A DNA stretch of 64,000 nt from Hormiphora californensis (GCA_020137815.1 CM035359.1:1178001-1242000); one strand, 5' to 3'. Shown: positions 1 through 41,229, counted from the first letter of the stretch. Program-made: numbers and translations. Notes: generated by a model from the sequence alone, not told the origin.

Positions 1-649
1 ATTGGTTATAATAGGGTCTAATTGATCGAAATTACAACTTCTCCCCTGAAAACGCTATGAAGTCGTATGAGGGCACTATACCCACTGACTTGGATACCAT
101 GATTTACATGAGCATCTTTTCTAAGCTCTCAGAGATCGAGAAAGTGCTCTAATTGAGGATAATTGGGTCTAATTGACCGAAATTACAACTTCTCCCCCAG
201 AAACACTATCATGACATATTTAGGCACTTACCCCACTGATTTGGATATACGCTGATCCTCATGAGCATATTTTCTAAGTTCTCAGAGATCGATAAAGTGC
301 TCTAATTGAGGGTAATTGACCAAAATAATTACCACTTTTCCCTGTAATCCCTATAAGTTCATTTGGAGACACTTACCCATTTATTTTGATACCCTGATTC
401 ACATGAACAGGGCATGAGTATCTTTTATAAGCTCTTATTTGTCATGTGGAAAGAGTGCTCTAATTGAGCACAATTGGGTCTAATTGATCGAAATTACGAT
501 TCCTCTCAAGAAACGCTATAAATAGGTGTGAGGGCACTTTACCCACTATTTTGCATACCCTGATTCGAATGAACAACTATTCCAAGTTCTCAATGGTGGA
601 TAAAGTGCTCTAATTGAGCGTAATTGGGTCCAATTGACCAAAATAATTA

Positions 650-1496
650 CAGTCGGACCCCGATTTAACGGCCCCCGATTTAGCGGCACCCCGATTTAAC
701 GGCAGGATAAATTTCCCCCAAAAATTTTTTTTGGAATTTTTTTGAAAATTTTTGAAAATTTTTCAAAGGTATATCAACCACGTCCGAATCGTGTTTCGAA
801 TCGGTGCATCTTATTGCATGTCTTGCCGGTAATTAGACGGTTCGAACAGATATGTGATCCCCATGAGACCCATCGAATCGCAATTTTGACACTTGTTAAA
901 CTGGCTCCATGGGGATCACGTATCAGATCGTTTCGAACCGTCTAATTAGCGACAGGACGTGCGATAAGATGCACTGATTCGAAACACGATTCGGACGTGG
1001 TTGATATACCTTTGAAAAATTTTCATAAACTTTTTTTGCAAAATTTTACAGAATGATTGGTAATGCTTTGATCGGTGCTCCCCATGAATTTTCAGAGAAA
1101 AAGATATTTTAAATTCAAATTCTTCCTCACCCCGCTTAAAGTGCCCCGATTCGGCATGGTATCACGTATCGGTTCGTTTCGAACCGTCTAATTAGCGACA
1201 GGAGATGCGATAAGATGCACTGATTCGATAAACGATTCGGACGTGGTTGATATACATAGTACCTTAGAAATTTTTATAACTTTTTTTGAAAATTTTGAAT
1301 TTTTTTTCTAATCAGAAATGATCATGTAATCAATTCATGGACATTGCATTTAACACTTAGAGGTGTTTTAGTATAGCATTTTGGACAAAAATAGGGTTTT
1401 ATAGGCCAAATATGCTCTACCCCGATTTAACGGACACCCCGATTTAACGGACAAAACTCTTTCCCCCGAGGGTGCCGTTAAATCGGGGTCCGACTG
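650..1496. mobile_element. Tc1/mariner/pogo-like MITE (TIR CAGTCGGACCCCGATTTAACGG, TA TSD) with internal palindrome
   Basis: TA at 648-649 and 1497-1498. Removal restores AAATAATTACCACTTTTC, the uninterrupted unit seen near 323-340. Internal inverted repeat at ~755-865/909-1025. Confidence 0.9.
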
Positions 1497-1529
1497 TACC
1501 ACTTTTCATATAAGTTCATAAGTTCATTT

Positions 1530-2504
1530 TAGTCAGGGCATATATGATGGCATGGTGCCAAAAAATGCTGAAAAAGGACATAATTGTTATCAAGCTAATT
1601 CCACTTCTAGTAGGCTCTAATAGGTCCCTAGAAACACCAAAAAAATTGGCCGCGGTTTTATCAATGAAGAAGTTGGGTTTTTCGGCCACGCCCTTTTACC
1701 CATGTTTTTAGCCTTCTGGCGAAAACCAAAACAGGGCTTAGGAAAGGAGTAGAGGCAAATCTAAGGACACTAAAATGTGTAGCGTCCTCGCATTAGTGGG
1801 GGTAGGTGCGGAAATTAATTCTCTATCTCTACGGCTATAGCCACTCTGGAGTGGTTTAGAGACTTTTCACTGGTGCCATTTTGTTCAGAAGAAAAAGTTA
1901 AATCTAAGAGTTGTGAAGAAATTTATGGTCTATCTCTAACCGTTCTGTGGATATTTGCGATCAAAGTATGCCAACTTACTCATTTTTTGGCATTTTAGGC
2001 TACTTTTCGAGTACATTGGCATACTTTGACCGCAAATATCCACAGAACGGTTAGAGATAGACCATAAATTTCTTCACAACTCTTTGATTAACTTTTTCTT
2101 CTGAACAAAATGGCACCAGTGAAAAGTCTCTAAACCACTCCAGAGTGGCAATAGCCGTATAGCCAAAAAAACGGTTATGCGCATCTCCTGCTCATCTAAT
2201 TATCCAATTATCTAATTAACCAGATGAGATAGACTTAATTTCCGCACCTACCCCCACTAATGCGAGGATGCTACACATTTTAGTGTCCTTAGATTTGTCT
2301 CTACTCCTTTCCTAAGCCCCGTTTTGGTTTTCGCTAGAAGGCTAAAAACATAGGTAAAAGGGCGTGGCCCAAAAACCCAACTTCTTCATTGATAAAACCG
2401 CGGCCAATTTTTTTGGTGTTTCTAGGGACCTATTAGAGCCTACTAGAAGTGGAATCAGCTTGATAACAATTATGCCCTCATTTTGTCATCATATGCCCTA
2501 ACTA
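1530..2504. mobile_element. Near-fully palindromic non-autonomous DNA transposon with TAG termini and 3-bp TSD (Academ-like)
   Basis: Ends TAGTCAGGGCATAT / ATATGCCCTAACTA. TSD TTT at 1527-1529 and 2505-2507. Empty site AGTTCATTTGGAGACAC is present near 356-372. Superfamily is inferred from termini and TSD only. Confidence 0.8.
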
Positions 2505-4126
2505 TTTGGAGACACTTAGCACACTGATTTGAGAGAGAGAGAGGGCACCCTACAGGAGTCAAATGTTAATTATTCTGGTCAATTAGGCCCAATTGTGCTC
2601 AATTAGAGCACTTTTTCCACAAATAAGAGCTTTTAAAAGATACTCATGCCCTGTTCAAGTGAATCAGGGTATCAAAATCAGTGGGTGAGTGTCTCCAAAT
2701 GAACTTATAGAGATTACAGGGAAAAGTGGTAATTATTTTGGTCAATTGGACCCAATTAGAGCACTTTCTCGATCTCTGAGAGCCTAGAAAAATCCAGTAA
2801 ACAGGGGGTTATCCAAGTCCGGGGTTTGTGCCCTCATACACTTCATACGTTTTCAGGGGAAGTTGTAATTTCGTCAATTAACCCCATTAAAACCTTAGAA
2901 TCACTTTAAAACCCCCTGGGTCTTTTAAAAGTGCTCATGGGGTTTAGGCCTTTAAATTCGGTTTTTATTTTTTGCTTTATATCAATTTTTCAAATTTTTC
3001 TTTTTTATCACCTGCCCTTTCCCCCAGTTCTGTGAAGCAGAAAGGGGGGAAGGTCCCCCCCCCCTTTTTTGGTACTTGCCCCCACCTGAATTATAAATTT
3101 AAAAAAGGGGAGGGAAGAGATCATTTTTTTTACTTTTTAAAAATCCAATTTTTTAAAAACCCGTCATGTGATCAGATCACGTGTACTTTGGAAAACCCCG
3201 AAAATTCCCCCGGCGAAAAAAACCGCTTTTTTACTTATGTGGCATAGGCTCCCAGACGGTTGGGGCCCGGAACCCCAACGACCCGGGGGAAACGGGAGAA
3301 AATGCGATTTTGGATGACTCTGAGACGTTTTTTTTTGAGTTTCTATCTCAATTTTAGTGATGGCGGATAAAACCGTACCCCCCCCCCAAAAATGAAATAC
3401 CTAGAATAAGTTCCCCCGCGGGTTTAGATCACTGCAAACTTGGATCAAAACCCTTTTCCCCCCCCGGGTTTTTTTACAAGCATGGTGAAACCTTGTTAAT
3501 CCCACCCACAAAAAAAATTTGGGGAACTCCATCATTTGCACCCCGTGTGCCCTTTTGCAACCCACCCAAATTTCTTCTTTTGGGCCAAAAGGTTTCTTCT
3601 TTGGCGCCCCATTAGAACCTTTGGGGGGCAAAGAAACCCCTTTTTCCCCCCGAAAAGGGTTGCGCCCCTTCTTAAAAGGGAGAAAATCAAATTCCCCTGT
3701 GGGGGGTTGGGGGGTAAGGGGGCAAAGACAAAACCCCAAATTGCCCCCCAAATTTTTAAAAAAAGAATTTTTTTTCAAGAAAGGAGGGAAATTTTTTTTT
3801 AAATACCGAATTGTGGGAAAAACAAAATCCCTTTTTTAAAAATGTTTAACCCAAAACCCCGGGAAAAATGGTGTGGGGGGAAGGGGAAAAAATTAGAAAA
3901 TTAAGGGGGGCAAACCCTGATAAGGTCATACCTAAAAATAAAAAAATCCCCTTAAACTGACTTTATCTAACTAAAAACACCCCACCTTCTCCAAAAAAAT
4001 TAAAAAACTTTTGGTCTTTCTTCCTTTCCCTTCTCCTTCTGGCGGCCCAATCATTTCCCCCCCCTATAATACTCATTGTACTCACCGTTTATCCTCATCA
4101 CCCCCTATAATACTCATTGTACTCAC

Positions 4127-7100
4127 CGTTTATCCTCATCAGAGCCCATGACAGAACTATCATCAGCGGTCACAACCCTCGAACCAGCCGACCTTCCCCC
4201 AGTCTGACTCCGTGACACCCATCTCTTCTCCTCATCCGAGCCAACGACAGAACTCTCTTCCCCAGTCATACTGCTGTCCGCCTCGCTTGTCATGATACTG
4301 CTGGCATCACTACAGATCGAGCTGGCATCTGAGTCAATGCCACCGGAGTGCTTCCCTGGGTATCTGGGGAGAAGTTAATTGGTTATTTAATTGGTTATAG
4401 TTGGTTGTAATTGGAACGAATTCAAGAAGTCTATGTATAGCAGATTCAAGATCTGTTAGTTAACTCACTTCTTGTGGGTTCCGTTAGCAACTCCTCCGCT
4501 AGACGGGACAGCTGCTGATGGGGGTGCTGAAATTATTTGGGGTTGTTATACGTTGATATTAGTCGGTATTCCAAATGGATACACCTTTGATTTCATATCT
4601 TAATGGCAATTAAAATAACCTACAATGCATACATTGCATAGCCTCTAGTGCAATTAAATGTATCACTATCAAGTGTTCAGTAACACGCTTGAACGAACGT
4701 GTGTGTGTAGCTTGACATGCAAGGTGTGAAGACAGCTGCTGCAGCACACACACCCTACACACACTGAGCTCAATAACCCTAACTTGATTCTCTCTCTAGC
4801 GATAATATTGAATTTAGGGTAGTTTCAGCAGTAGTAGTATCAGCGGTATCAGTAGTTAGATACGTATCTAAACTAGTATCGATGCTACTACCTATTAGGT
4901 ACACATTACACAAGATCTACACAGCTATGGGCGGGATTATTTGACAATTAGTGGTTTATCCATGCAATTAGATAGAACACAACTCCCCTAATTGGGGGTT
5001 CTTAATTGGTTGGGAATTATAAGTATGTACTACTACATTTCAAATTAGCACCACCGAGAGTCTAGAAGATTACTTAAAATTACATCCCTTGATATTGTAT
5101 CATTCCCCTGATATTGTATCATTGTATTGCCCTAATTACATGTACATTATAACATAGCCAAAACGGCCAGATGGGAAAAGTCCAAATTATCCTTTTCTAA
5201 AGTGTGTGTGTAACTCACGTTGGTAGGTCGGATCAGGTGCAACCCAGGCTACAACACGTCCATTGTAGTACGGTAATTTTGCGGTGGTATCCTTTATCTC
5301 TTGTTTCACGATGATATCATCATCAACCGTCTTAAAATAGTACCTGGAATTATGACGTCATTGTTATTAAAATAGTACCTGGAATTATGACGTCATTGTT
5401 ATTAAATTAGTACCTGGAATTATGACGTCATTGTCATTAAAATAGTACCTGGAATTATGACGTCATTGTTATTAAAATAGTATCTGGAATTATGACATCA
5501 TTGTCATTAAAATAGTACCTGGAATTATGACGTCATTGTTATTAAAATAGTACCTGGAATTATGACGTCATTGTTATTAAAATAGTACCTGGAATTATGA
5601 CGTCATTGTTATTAAAATAGTACCTGGAATTATGACGTCATTGTTATTAAATTAGCACCTGGAATTATGACGTCATTGTTATTAAAATAGTACCTGGAAT
5701 TATGACGTCATTGTTATTAAAATAGTACCTGGAATTATGACGTCATTGTTATTAAAATAGTACCTGGAATTATGACGTCATTGTTATTGAAATAGTACCT
5801 GGAATTATGACGTCATCCCATTATGTATTTTTACCGTTCTCTAATCTATGATAAACATACACTACGAGGCAGGTCGGTAGAACTTCGACAGAATTTAGGG
5901 TAGGTTAATTTAGGGTAGGTCTGAATTTAGGGTAGGTCTGAATTTAGGGTAGGTGAATTTAGGGTAGGTCTGAATTTAGGGTAGGTCTGTAACGTATCGT
6001 TTATCAAAGCATTGCAATTCGACATTAGGTTCTGATTAGGTCGCTGAACCGTGTCCCGTATCTCGTATCAACTCATTTCGATTCGATCTTAGTCACCGAT
6101 TAGGTCGCTGAACCACGTCCCGTATCTCGTATCAACTCATTGAAATTCGAGGTTAGACACAAATTAGGTCCCTGAACCGCGTCCCGTATCTCCTATCAAC
6201 TCATTGCAATTCGATCTTAGTCACCGATTAGGTCGCTAAACCGCGTCCCGTATCTCGTATCAACTCATTGGAATTCGAGGTTAGACACAAATGAGGTGGC
6301 AAACGAATTTTTTTTCAGGTTTCAACTCAGGATGGAACTCTTAAAGTCTACGTGCATAAACTAATAAGTGAGCAGTCAAACAGTTCTAATTTCATTTGAT
6401 GCAATACAGAACACAGTCTACCGACCTATCACCTAACTCAGTTCACCTACTTTAAGTAGTACTTAGTCTCGGTGACTAAGATGGAATTGCAATGAGTTGA
6501 TACGAGATACGGGACGCGGTTCAGGGACCTAATTTGTGTCTAACCTCGAATTTCAATGAGTTGATACGAGATACGGGACGTGGTTCAGCGACCTAATCGG
6601 TAACTAAGATCGAATTGAAATGAGTTGATACGAGATACGTGTCGCGGTTCAGCGACCTAATCAGGATCTAATGTCGAATTGTAATGCTTTGATAAATGAT
6701 ACGTTACGGACCTACCCTAAATTCAGACCTACCCTAAATTCAGACCTACCCTAAATTCACCTACCCTAAATTCAGACCTACCCTAAATTGACCTACCCTA
6801 AATTCTGTCGAAGTTCTACCGACCTGCCCACTACGAAGACAAAAAGCAACTAAACATAAACTAAGGTGTATGATTGTGCTAAATACCTGTAGCCCTCCGT
6901 CTTGCTTATTTCACGGGTAAAGTCGCCAAGGGTTATCTCTGAAAATGGAGAGGTTTTAACAAACAACACAAAACAATACCAAAACAATACCAAAACATGC
7001 GCCATACAGTTCCAAGATATTGAATAACCATATGGAAAAACAAAGGTGCAGTAGTAAACTAACTGTCAGTACTCACAAACAAACAAATTACTAACCGTCA

Positions 7101-8317
7101 GTACTCACAAACAAACAAATTACTAACCGTCAGTACTCACAAACAAATTACTAACCGTCAGTACTCACAAACAAACAAATTACTAACCGTCAGTACTCAC
7201 AAACAAACAAATTACTAACTGTCAGTACTCACAAACAAACAAATTACTAACCGTCAGTACTCACAAACAAACAAATTACTAACTATCAGTACTCACAAAC
7301 AAACAAATTACTAACTGTCAGTACTCACAAACAAACAAATTACTAACTGTCAGTACTCACAAACAAACAAATTACTAACCGTCAGTACTCACAAACAAAC
7401 AAATTACTAACCGTCAGTACTCACAAACAAACAAATTACTAACCGTCAGTACTCACAAACAAATTACTAACCGTCAGTACTCACAAACAAACAAATTACT
7501 AACCGTCAGTACTCACAAACAAACAAATTACTAACTGTCAGTACTCACAAACAAACAAATTACTAACCGTCAGTACTCACAAACAAACAAATTACTAACT
7601 ATCAGTACTCACAAACAAACAAATTACTAACTGTCAGTACTCACAAACAAACAAATTACTAACTGTCAGTACTCACAAACAAACAAATTACTAACCGTCA
7701 GTACTCACAAACAAACAAATTACTAACCGTCAGTACTCACAAACAAATTACTAACCGTCAGTACTCACAAACAAACAAATTACTAACCGTCAGTACTCAC
7801 AAACAAACAAATTACTAACTGTCAGTACTCACAAACAAACAAATTACTAACCGTCAGTACTCACAAACAAACAAATTACTAACTATCAGTACTCACAAAC
7901 AAACAAATTACTAACTGTCAGTACTCACAAACAAACAAATTACTAACTGTCAGTACTCACAAACAAACAAATTACTAACCGTCAGTACTCACAAACAAAC
8001 AAATTACTAACCGTCAGTACTCACAAACAAACAAATTACTAACCGTCAGTACTCACAAACAAACAAATTACTAACTGTCAGTACTCACAAACAAACAAAT
8101 TACTAACTGTCAGTACTCACAAACAAACAAATTACTAACCGTCAGTACTCACAAACAAACAAATTACTAACCGTCAGCACTCACAAACAAACAAATTACT
8201 AACCGTCAGTACTCACAAACAAACCAATTACTAACCGTCGGGGCTGATAGGCACGCAAACCAGATAGGGCGTATCCTCGGCACCAACGTGATATACAACC
8301 TTAGTCCCCTCACTCAT
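4127..8317 (-). CDS. DVL: Dishevelled, 5' coding exons 8317-8236, 6938-6887, 5343-5219, 4526-4469, 4363-4127; gene continues toward and past position 1
   Basis: Spliced in-phase translation MSEGTKVVYHVGAEDTPYLVCVPISPDE ITLGDFTREISKTEGYR YYFKTVDDDIIVKQEIKDTTAKLPYYNGRVVAWV matches the N-terminal Dvl DIX domain. It is followed by Ser-rich DASSIMTSEADSS. All junctions are GT-AG. PDZ and DEP exons are not visible. Confidence 0.88.
5332..5816. repeat. 35-bp tandem array (14 copies) of the Dvl exon-3 splice acceptor
   Basis: Unit TTAAAATAGTACCTGGAATTATGACGTCATTGTTA. The minus strand reads ...ATAATTCCAG|GTACTATTTTAA, and the last copy is the real acceptor at 5343. Confidence 0.95.
5868..6828. mobile_element. 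Foldback non-autonomous transposon with GGCAGGTCGGTAGAACTTCG termini and 8-bp TSD (Merlin-like)
   Basis: TSD CACTACGA at 5860-5867 and 6829-6836. Long TIRs carry 17-bp GAATTTAGGGTAGGTCT sub-repeats and ~61-bp internal repeats. Confidence 0.88.
7058..8240. repeat. 32-bp tandem array (~37 copies) of the Dvl exon-1 splice donor
   Basis: Unit ACTAACCGTCAGTACTCACAAACAAACAAATT. The minus strand carries GACG|GTTAGT, identical to the real donor at 8236/8235, plus GTGAGT. Confidence 0.95.
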
Positions 8318-9572
8318 GACGTTGTACTACTCTTGTACTGCTACCACTACACCTTACATAATTCAACCAAACTACTGGACAGGGGTAAAAATGAATTGTT
8401 TCTCAAAAGTTTGGCTTAATGGAGTTCATTCAATATCAATTGTATGCGTCAAGTAAACGTGGTTTACATTTAAAGTCCTGTCGTCACGTTTAGAGATGGT
8501 TAGTATGAACTGACTTTTCATACTTTCCATCCTCAAAACGACTTCGAAACAGGGGGACACTGGACACAGATTAAAGATGTTTTTTTGTGCAGAAATGTTG
8601 TCGACTGGTTCAGTCGATGACGTATCTAATTGAGAGAAACTGCGTAAACGGTATTTAATCTTCCCAACGCAACTCAGACTATCCGCCAACCGAACTCTGG
8701 AGTGCATCACCGGCCACAGCCCCGTCCTTGTTCGGTGCCCTCGGAGGCCCCTCCCCTCGCTGAAGAACATCCCGAAATTTGATTTGACCCAGCTGAAAGC
8801 GAACTGTCCTCCAGGTACCTGGTGGCCGTTAAAAATGCGTGGAAGGGACTGCGACTTCCAAAGACCAAAAGGCAGAGCTGACGAAGAAGCTTCGACTTTT
8901 GTTGGCAAACGTTGCTGGCCCCGCGCGGGATAAGGTTGGCCTATGCTACAGGCCCTAAAGAAGCCGTGGAAAACGCGCGCACTTGGGGTCTGCAGCGCAT
9001 GCCAAGGGATAAGGCAGCGCTTTTCAACGACTTTTGGAGAAAAAAAAAAGAAAACGCTGTGTTGCACTTACTCGCGCGCTGAAATAAACCGATTCGATAA
9101 CGCGCACGCGCATTAAAATGGTTGTTCAAGAAATTATTTTCTCGCGTGTTACGTCTACTTTGCCTTAATATCACAGTTGGACCACGTCGATCCCCTCGGC
9201 CTTACCCTAAGCTCACACCCGACGGCCCGGTGTGAGAGCCGACATACTGGGAACATGTCAACTGACAGTCAGTGACAGTCTCGCAGTGCTGATTGTGCTG
9301 TTGCACCTCCCCCGCGTATGAACAATACAAAGTGCTGACCTCTTTTTGATCCTGGACACGACAGTCAGACAGTTAAATACAGTGCGCTCTGTCTAGTCTG
9401 GCGCCGCGACCCATCTGAGCGCACTGTCGCTCAAATGGGGTATGGCGCCGCTCGGATCTTGTTGACGGATCGGCACCTCCGAACAACTCAGAAGACAGAC
9501 AAGTAAAAAACTTGCCAATGCCATGCTACGCAGTCTATCTGTTCGGCACTTTAAGCGCCTCGGGCTCGCGTA

Positions 9573-10564
9573 TAGTCAGGACCACTATTGGTGCGCGGTC
9601 GTGCCCACGGAAGGAATGCTTGGATCATCTCGAAACCGGTTTTAAGTTAACTAATGCATATCCAAAAGTGTCTGTTGCTATTTGGGTGATGTTCTGACAA
9701 TCCAATCACGAGTTATTACCAAAAAAACAGTCAAAAAAGTCGTTTTAAAGTGACAAAAAGGAGGATCACAGCCCTTATATGAAGCCCTTATATGAAGGGT
9801 TGGGGCTATGAAACTTCTTGAGTGGACAGAGAATCGTCCAAATTTGTAGTGTCAACTTTGGAATAGTTTCTATCTTCTGTAGTTATCTAATTAGAGCCGT
9901 TTAAACATGTGAGAAGATGCTGTAGGGGCCTCTAACAGTGCTGCTTGTAGTCAAATTACCGTAATGAAAATACAGTAAGAAGACGCGCACGGTGCATAAC
10001 GCGCGGCAAAAAGTTCATGTGTCAGCACGTACTAGCGCCCTGATTGGTCACGGTTGCGCGTCGTCTTACTGTATCTTCGTTTTCCATTACCGTTTTCCCA
10101 CTACAAGCGACCGTGTAATACTGTGTATTCTTGCTTGTGAAGTGATCACTTGACTAGATTTACCCCATTAGAGAGCAGATTAAAGCATACAAGCGGTGAG
10201 AGCAAGCAATATGGGTCGGAAACAGTACCAAATTACCCTGTTTTGCAGATCGTCTCACATGTTTAAACAGCTCTAATTAGATAACAACAAAGTTGAGACT
10301 GCAAATTTAGACGATTCTCTGTCCACTCAAGAAGTTTCATAGCCCCAACCCTTCATATAAGGGCTGTGTTCAGGTCCTCCTTTTTGTCACTTTAAAACGT
10401 CTTTTTTGACTGTTTTTTGGTCATAACTCGTGATTGGATTGTCAGAACATCACCCAAATAGCTAGACACTTTTGGATATGCATTAGTTAACTTAAAACCG
10501 GTTTCAAGGTGATCCAAGCACTCCTTCCGTGGGCACGACCGCGCACCAATAGTGGTCCTGACTA
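9573..10564. mobile_element. Non-autonomous DNA transposon with ~340-bp TIRs, TAGTCAGG termini and 3-bp TSD (Academ-like)
   Basis: TAGTCAGGACCACTATTGG at 9573 and its complement ending at 10564. TSD GTA at 9570-9572 and 10565-10567. Confidence 0.85.
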
Positions 10565-11151
10565 GTAAGCCGACAGACAAGGAACATGTCAAGTAAAAAC
10601 ACGGGTATTTTGTTTGGTGTAACGATTGTAAAACCCTTTGAACAGCAAGTCATCACCCAATACCATCTATATTCTACACAATATGTCATTAATGTTAATG
10701 CCAACAACACACATAAAATAATGTCAGATAAAAAGCAATGCGGGTTCGGCACTCATGTCCTCATCTGTCATAATAATTGTGTAAGTTTAACTGTAACTAA
10801 GACTTTGACATGCTACACAGTCCCTTCGCTTAATCTGTGATCACAGTGGTAGCGAGGGACAGTCTAGCATGTCAACAAATACTACCCAATAATTATATTA
10901 TCCAAGAATACCATGCGACTCTTGAGGTACAGGGTAACCGTACTACCTACTAAATTCGTCAAGTTTAATATTGTACGGTTGCTTATCATCAATATATAAT
11001 TATAAGTGTATGGCTAGAGTCGGTTAAAAATAGGTTAGGTTAGGTTAGAGTTGGTCACCTCGCACCAGCTACTTCTTGCGAGTGAAGCGAAGATTGTTCC
11101 TTTGCGAGTTGAACAACAACAAGAATTTTAAAAAGCACGCTACACACTCAG

Positions 11152-11260
11152 CAGGAACCGACCGAAACAAGTAAACAACCAATCAGAACTCGTTATTTAG
11201 GTCACGTGACTGGCTATCAGCCAATCAGGGAGCAGTTTTTCCTGATTCGGTCGGTTCCTG
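11152..11260 (+). mobile_element. 109-bp hAT-like MITE
   Basis: TIR CAGGAACCGACCGAA; 8-bp TSD ACACTCAG. Confidence 0.93.
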
Positions 11261-11389
11261 ACACTCAGATTAGTTCACAGCTTTCTTATTTCCCCTTCTA
11301 AACTTGACATCAAATTACTTCGTAACATAATTATAACTTGCCCACATGTTATCTCCTCCGTCTTAGCAAGAACCACATAACCTGTTTAT

Positions 11390-11505
11390 CAGGAACCGAC
11401 CGAAACTAGTAAACAACCAATCAGAACTCTTTATTTAGGTCACGTGACTGGTTATCAGCCAATCATGAATCAGGGACCAGTATTTCCTGATTCGGTCGGT
11501 TCCTG
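11390..11505 (+). mobile_element. hAT-like MITE (same family)
   Basis: Same TIRs; 8-bp TSD CTGTTTAT. Confidence 0.93.
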
Positions 11506-11609
11506 CTGTTTATGTTGCCTAACAAATACATATCTGCCATTGTCCTTTCTAACACAATATGATCTACCCCCATCCTCCAAAATATATAATCAAAATAAGA
11601 AAGTCCCTA

Positions 11610-27546
<15,937 letters not shown>

Positions 27547-28024
27547 GGAGCTAGATATAGATGGGGAGAGATAATATATGGGGAGAGATTAGAGAAAGTT
27601 GGGAAGGGGGTAGGCGGATCGGGATTGTTATATGGGGAGGGGTTAGGGGAAGAGGTGGGAGATGCCGGTAACACACTTTTGTTGAGAGCATGCAGGACAC
27701 TAAATTGACATGGTACAACAGTGGTAGTATAGGGAATGGGCAGAATTACGCCGCAGAATTACGCCTTGTGCATACGTTGGGCCTGATAATAAAAGGCGTA
27801 ATTCAGCCTAAATTTTGCAGAATCCTGCCCATGGAACTAGGGGGTTAGGATCAGGATATCTGTGAAGTACCACCATGACGTACTCGGGATTTTATGCAAG
27901 CCCATTCGGAGTCAACCTACATGCACTTAGAGGTATGAAGTGCCGAACACGAGAGAGAGAGAGATAAAATGAACACTGAAAGTCTTCAGTAAATAGTGCC
28001 AGGGGCCGGGATGGGATCGGAACT

Positions 28025-28083
28025 TTGGTTACGAAGTCACCCCTATTATTGCATATAGCGCAGAGGGGGAATTTCATTACCAA
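28025..28083. mobile_element. 59-bp minimal DNA transposon with TTGGT termini and 9-bp TSD
   Basis: TSD ATCGGAACT at 28016-28024 and 28084-28092. It consists of the two ends of the 35387-35963 element. Confidence 0.88.
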
Positions 28084-28340
28084 ATCGGAACTGGGGGGGG
28101 GGGGGGGTAAACAAACTAATAAATAAGAAATTAAAATATATGCCATATATATCACAGCACATAAAGCATGTTCAACATAGCTCGGGTGAAAAAATGGTTG
28201 TTGCGTTTATTTTCTAGTCCTCCGGCTGATTGTCAATTTTGGAGCTCACTTCACTACGTAAATATGTGTTTCAATTGTGAAGAAGCGAGCACGAATAAAA
28301 GAGAAACATATAGATGTTCTGACAGGAGGAGGATCGAATT

Positions 28341-41229
<12,889 letters not shown>

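Larger units (their letters stand above)
1..2900. repeat. Large foldback repeat made of ~120-bp sub-units (CTAATTGAG...TAATTGGGTC), with an inverted arm at ~2560-2900; host of two nested MITEs
   Basis: Units at 1-650 recur as reverse complement at 2560-2890 (e.g. CAAAATAATTACCACTTTTCCCTGTAATC near 321-349 vs GATTACAGGGAAAAGTGGTAATTATTTTG near 2712-2740). The left end lies outside the window. Confidence 0.7.

Noticed and set aside
2900-4050. ORFs 2972-3839
   Set aside because: Homopolymer-inflated degraded sequence (F/K/P/G-rich translations). It may hide a real Dvl basic-region exon near 3990-4050 but cannot be called.
5332-8240. 32-35 bp repeats as CRISPR arrays
   Set aside because: The units are head-to-tail with no unique spacers, there are no cas genes, and the context is a eukaryotic intron.
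8426-9067. 213-aa ORF upstream of Dvl
   Set aside because: Non-ATG start and no recognisable domain. The region is more plausibly a CpG-rich promoter or 5' UTR intron (candidate donor ~9205, acceptor ~8376).
10807-10875. Small hairpins here and at ~9399-9448, 23720-23787 and 27736-27832 as miRNA or ncRNA genes
   Set aside because: They are more simply explained as MITE remnants, and no family-specific features are visible.
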